Shown one piece after another: positions 57,207 to 64,000 of a DNA stretch of 64,000 bases. Below the pieces are notes generated by a model. That model was not told where the DNA came from, ran no database searches, and saw nothing but the letters and a program-made list of their open reading frames with translations. Positions within the stretch are counted from its first letter, which is position 1. Each line of letters starts with the position of its first letter. The stretch is from the human T2T-CHM13v2.0 reference genome, Homo sapiens. The stretch lies in assembly GCF_009914755.1 (NCBI RefSeq), contig NC_060926.1; one strand, 5' to 3'. Position numbers and translations under genes: made by a program.

Positions 57207-57665
57207 GGCAAAGACAGGGAATCAACTTAAATGCCCATAAATGACAGATTGGATAAAGAAAATGTGGTACATACATATCATGGAATACTGCGCAGCCATA
57301 AAAAAGAACAAGATCATGTCTTTTGTGGGAACATGGATGGACCTAGAGGCTATCATCCTTAGCAAACTAATGCAGGAACAGAAAACCAAATACTACATCT
57401 TCTCACTTATAAGTGAGAGCTAAATGATGAGAACTTATGAACACAAAGAAGGAAACAGTAGACACTGGGGTCTACTTGAGGGTGGAGAGTGGGAGGAGGG
57501 AGAGGAGCAGAAAAAATAACTATTGGGTACTGGGCTTAATATCTGGGTGATGAAATAATCTGTACAACAAACGCCTATGACACTAGTTTCCCTATAAAAC
57601 AAACCTGCACATGTACCCCCAAACCTAAAATAAAAATTAAAAAATAAAAATTAAAAAAATAAAGT
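57207..57665 (+). mobile_element. 5'-truncated older L1PA (L1PA13/14-like)
   Basis: ORF2 C-terminus DWIKKMWYIHIMEYCAAIKKNKIMSF, 3'UTR and A-rich tail. Confidence 0.9.
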
Positions 57666-57919
57666 TGTAAAATCCAGAAAAGAAAAAAAGAAAATGCTGC
57701 CTTCCTAAGAGTGCTTTTGCTTTCCATGAGGAAGGCCGGGGAAAGGAGACAGGAGGGAAACAGGCTGTCATCAGCAAAAGTTTCCTCCAGAGGAAGCAAA
57801 GCCTGACCTCAGGATTTCTTCCTGTCATAAGGGGGGTGCATATTGCTTTTGTCCTCCATGGTTCAAAGAGAAATCTATCTTATTCTTTTCCTCTGAAAAA
57901 AATTTTCTCCCACTCCCTC

Positions 57920-60865
57920 CTCCTTTTCTTGAAAAATTTAAAAGATACAGAAAAGTTAAACTCTCACATTCATACTTCCCAGAGTTAACAACTGTTAACA
58001 TCTGGTCATATTTTCCTCCAGTTTTTTTTTTTAAGAAATAATATGTTTCAGATTCCAAACCTAATCCCCTCTAACCAGCCTACTCTCCTATACCCAAGAG
58101 AAGCCACTTTCATGAGCAGATGTGGGTCCTTCCAATCCATTAAAATATAGACATTGTATACAATCAGGTATGCCACAATAAATAGCATTGCTTTCTGTAT
58201 GTGCAGTGTTTCATTATTTACATAAGTGGCATCATTCTTGATAGTTACTACAACTTGCTTTTTTTATTTCTTCTTAACATAGGGTGTTTGGTGATCTATC
58301 CATATTGAGCTATGTAGATCTAGTTCTTTCCCTTTCTTGTGTATATATCACATTTCCAATCCACTATTGATGAATGTTTAGGCTCTTTCCAGTTTCTTAC
58401 TATTTTCTACAATGGTGCAATAAACATTCTTATACTTGTCTCTTTGTATAAACATCTAAGTATTTATGTAGAAAATATACACAGTAGTGGAATCCATGGG
58501 GCTAGGATATATTTCTAGTTTGCTTAAGTGCTGCCAAAAGACTCCCTAGTGACTGTTACGTGCCAACATAAGATGATGGAACTATTTCCCCCACATGCTG
58601 GCCAAAGCTTGATGTTCTTGGACACTAAATTCATTTCCAATTTGATGGTTAAACAACGATGCCTAAGTATTGGTTTTATTTCTCATTTCCATGCCTATTA
58701 ATAAGTGTAACTACCTTTTGCAGGTTTATTGGCGTAACAATTTTCTTTCATCACATCCTTTGCTTATTTTTCTGTTAGATTATTTGTATTTTTATTACCA
58801 GTTTGTAAAGGTTCTACCTGTATCCTGGGTAGTAACTTTTGCATATTATATACGCTGAAAATGTCTTCTTTTCTTATTTTTGAATTGGAAATATATGCAT
58901 ATGATACGAACTTAAAGAGTTACAAAAGTGCACAGTGAAAAGTTCCCCTTTCACATCTACTCCTCTTCCACCATTCGGTTTCCCTTCTTAGACAAAAACC
59001 AGTGCTGTGGTACACCCTTCCAAAGAGTTCTACACATATACAAAAAATAGTCTATATGTTCCTCTACAGTTTTTAAAATAAATTTAAAAGATTCATTCTG
59101 CATATTGCTTTTTTCACTTAAAAATATTTTAGACATCATTCTGTAAGCTCCATTCAGCTTATATGGAGCTACTTCTTTTTCTTTCTTTTTATTTTAATGG
59201 CTACAAAGTCTTCTTTTTCTATTTATGGACCAGAATTTATTCAACTAGATTACTACTGATTGACACTTCCAATTTTGCGTTATTAAAAATTTGCTTCTTA
59301 CCAGAGGCTGGGAAGGGTAGTAGGGGGATGGGAGGGGAGGTAGGGACAGTTAGTGGGTACAAAAAAAAATAGGAAGCATGAAAAAGTCCTGCTATTTGAT
59401 AGCACAACAGGGTGATGATAGTCAATAACAATTTAATTGTACATTTAAAAATAACTAAAACAGTATAATTGGATTGTTTGTAACACAAAGGATGAATGCT
59501 TGAGGGGACAGACACCCCATTCTCCATGACGTGATTATAATGCATTGTATGCATGTATTAAAACATCTCATCTACCCCATAAACATATAAACCTACCATG
59601 TACCCCAAAAATTAAAAATAAAAATTTTTAAATAAAAACAATTGTGATTCAGTGACAATTCATATTATTTCATACATGTACAAATATCTGAAGGATAAAT
59701 TCATAAAGAGAACTAAAGACTAAGTGCCTTTTTAAAAAAATAGATTTTGCCACATTGTCCTCTGTAGAGTCTGTACCAATTTATACTCCCATCTGCAATG
59801 TATGTGTCACTTGTCTTTTAAAAAGGTTAATATAATAATAACAGATAACATTTATTTTGTGTTTATAATAGGTCAGGCATGTTTCTAAATCCACGACTTG
59901 TATTTTACAGAAATCATTATGGAAAATGTCAAACATGAGTAAAATAAACTAAAATAATATAGTGAACTCACGTATACCCTCCCTCAGCTTTACTAATTAA
60001 GAATATATGGCAAATCTCCTTTCATCTGTACACCCACCCCCACTCCCTTCCCCACAAACCTGCTGGATTAAAGCAAATGCCAGGCACTGTAAAATTTTAA
60101 TCATGAATACTTCAGTAGTTCCTCTAAAAAACACAAATCTTTAAAAATTATCACAATATCATTATTATGCCTTGAACGTTAACTATTTCTTACAATTTCT
60201 TAATAACCAGTCAGTATTCAAATTTCCCCAGCTGACCCACAAACATTCTTTCACACTGGGTTTCTCTGAATTAGAATCCAAAGGATGTCCCTGTGTTTTA
60301 TTTGGTCACTGTGCCTCTTAAGTCTCTTTTTGTCCCTAGCAACACTCATCCCTTTTGTTTTCTCACCATTTATTTATTAAAGCAAAAAAGCATCATATGT
60401 CTTACTCAATTGTCTTAACCTTGTTTGTAATGGGGTCGAGGATTTGTTTGGTTTTGTTTGCCATAAAAGGGGTGAAATTTTGCTACTGTCAGATTTCAGT
60501 ACCTTTTCCTCCACGGTATGTGTATTTTGTATCTTGTTAAAGAAAGCTTTCCCTACCCCAAGGATACTTATGCATTTTTTTCTCACAGGTATAAAATTAC
60601 ATTATTTACATTTTGGACCTTTACTCTATCTGGAGTCTATGTTTGTATATGATATAAGATAGAAATCTCATTTTATTTTTTCTCTGGTATACAGCCATTC
60701 TCTACCCTTTCTTCATTGGTTTGCAATGTTGTCTCTGACACAAGCTAAATTTTTCACATATACCTGGCTCTGTTTACAAGCTCTCTCTGCTGTTTGATTA
60801 ATCTACATATCTGATCCTACTCCAATACCACACTGTTTTAATAACTATAGCTTTTTAATATGTCA
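57920..60865 (-). mobile_element. Nested old L1ME/L1MC fragments, mostly minus strand
   Basis: ccactattgatgaatgtttaggctctttccagttt, tgtaccaatttatactccc and ccaataccacactgttttaat are antisense L1M motifs. Confidence 0.65.
59298..59640 (+). mobile_element. L1MA 3' end (L1MA1-3-like)
   Basis: ttaccagaggctgggaagggtagt...tatttgatagcacaacagggtga...tgtacccc, then A-tail. Confidence 0.88.
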
Positions 60866-62029
60866 ACATGTTGTTAGCACAGATTTGCTTAAAATTTTTT
60901 AAGTACAATAAAATCAAGACCTTTAGAGCCCTCCAATGTTCAAGCAATGATGAACTTTGATTTTAGGGAAAAAAATGACATTTGGCAGACTGTTGAAACT
61001 GAGATGGGAATCTGTGTTGTCCTAATAAATAAAACATAAAAGCTAGATTTACTTTATTTGGAAAAGTTGTATGCAGTTCTTCTACAAGTACAGGACTTTT
61101 ATGATGACTTCTCAGATCAACAAAGGATTTGCTCTTTTCCTTCCCTTCTTCTTTCTTCAGCCTTCTCCATATCAGCGTGGGCAGGGAGAAGTGGAGGCTG
61201 AAAACTCATGAATCCAGGAGTTAGGTGAGGGTGAACATTCAAATCCTTGCTTTACAGATTAAGAATAAGAGGCCCCAGAAGTGGGAGATGGACAAACCAC
61301 AAATCTCAGGACTCTTGTTATTTGTGTCCTGCTAACTACTAAATTTTGTAGATTTAAATGCCCCAAAGAGCCAATAGCTGACTGGTCATGGTTAATTCAT
61401 CAAACATGTACTGCTTGATCAATCTGGAAAACCTGGGAGGAATGGCTGCAGCCAATGTACTGATCAGCTCTCAAATGAGAGATGAGTATTTTTGCTGCAA
61501 AGGAAAAAAACACACAGAGCTCCAGAGACAGACCTGTCCCATTTTCCCGAGGCTGATCAAGGAAACTACTTCTACCATATCTCAGTATGAGGACCACTCC
61601 ACGAAAGCAAACACAACATTCTTTACTCCAAGGCTTCAAAGATCTTTGCCCATCTTCATAAGGCTGACTAAATACATTTTGATGGTAAAGTATGAAGAGG
61701 TCTAGACCCAGAGAAAATACACTTGGTGAAAATTAGTTAGGGGTGCTGCATAGCATATGAAATGTGTTTTGATACATTGTGCAGAGAAAAAGACCTGCTC
61801 GAGTTTTTCAGTCTCTAATTTGACAAAGTCCAAAAGATAGTAGATTTCATAGCCAAGATGGGTAAAGGAGATGCTGTCTCTTTGGAGACATAAAAGGAGG
61901 GGTAAAAGTAGAAAATCAACTAATGTTATATTTTCTAAATGGTATACAGCAAAGAGTGATGCTGCCAACAATTCACTACAGTGGGGAAATGTAACTTTTG
62001 TTGGACACAATAAGGTCAATTAATAGGAC

Positions 62030-63590
<1,561 letters not shown>

Positions 63591-64000
63591 GGAGAACACA
63601 CCTGGGATTCTGGCTTCTAACAACCACTTTCTCAGAAGACTTCTACTCCTCTCCTTATGGCCTGTGCAGCAGAAGTTCAGGAATTTACTGTCCAGGAGGA
63701 TTTGTTGGCCGAAGGACAATCACTGCCCATCTGAGGATTTCCCACTTGGAAGCAAACTCCAAAAGAGTCCATCATGGGAGGTCAGGAACTCAACACCTCT
63801 CCCCTGGATCACTGTACTGGATCCTTCCTTGCTGCCGTGATTCTGGACTTACTAGATCTGACACATTAGCTCAACATTATTTCTTAAAATATTGCTCAAA
63901 ATTGGCATCACATTTTTCAGGGCAATTTGTCATCATCTATTAAAACTTAAAATGCTCATGCACTCTGACCTGGCATTTTTACCTCTATGTGTCCCTCAAG

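Noticed and set aside
61388-61705. 105-aa ORF faintly like an RTE-clade LINE C-terminus
   Set aside because: Similarity too weak to support without an HMM search

Overview
Hominoid (very probably human) repeat-rich intergenic DNA. I see no intact protein-coding gene, tRNA, rRNA or CRISPR array; most of the ORF track is chance ORFs or repeat-derived. Main landmarks: (1) a full-length but dead L1PA2/L1PA3 (20509-26522) inside the A-rich linker of an AluY, which itself sits in an old L1M, with both target-site duplications (TSDs) visible; (2) a full-length processed alpha-L-fucosidase pseudogene (28417-30428, minus); (3) an RPL29 processed pseudogene (about 33405-34003, minus); (4) many Alu, MIR, L2, MaLR LTR, MER5 and old L1 relics. 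From recall, the FUCA1P1 plus RPL29 pseudogene pair places the window at human 2q31.1, in the gene desert telomeric to HOXD; this needs BLAT confirmation. Less obvious signals are a very decayed but collinear CR1/L3 reverse-transcriptase relic, a 24-bp minisatellite of ETS motifs, an orphan poly(A) behind AATAAA, a templated-insertion duplication scar, and several repeat-free blocks rich in HOX/PBX/SOX motifs that look like developmental enhancers. I found no convincing new biological system. Repeat boundaries without TSDs and subfamily calls are by-eye estimates.
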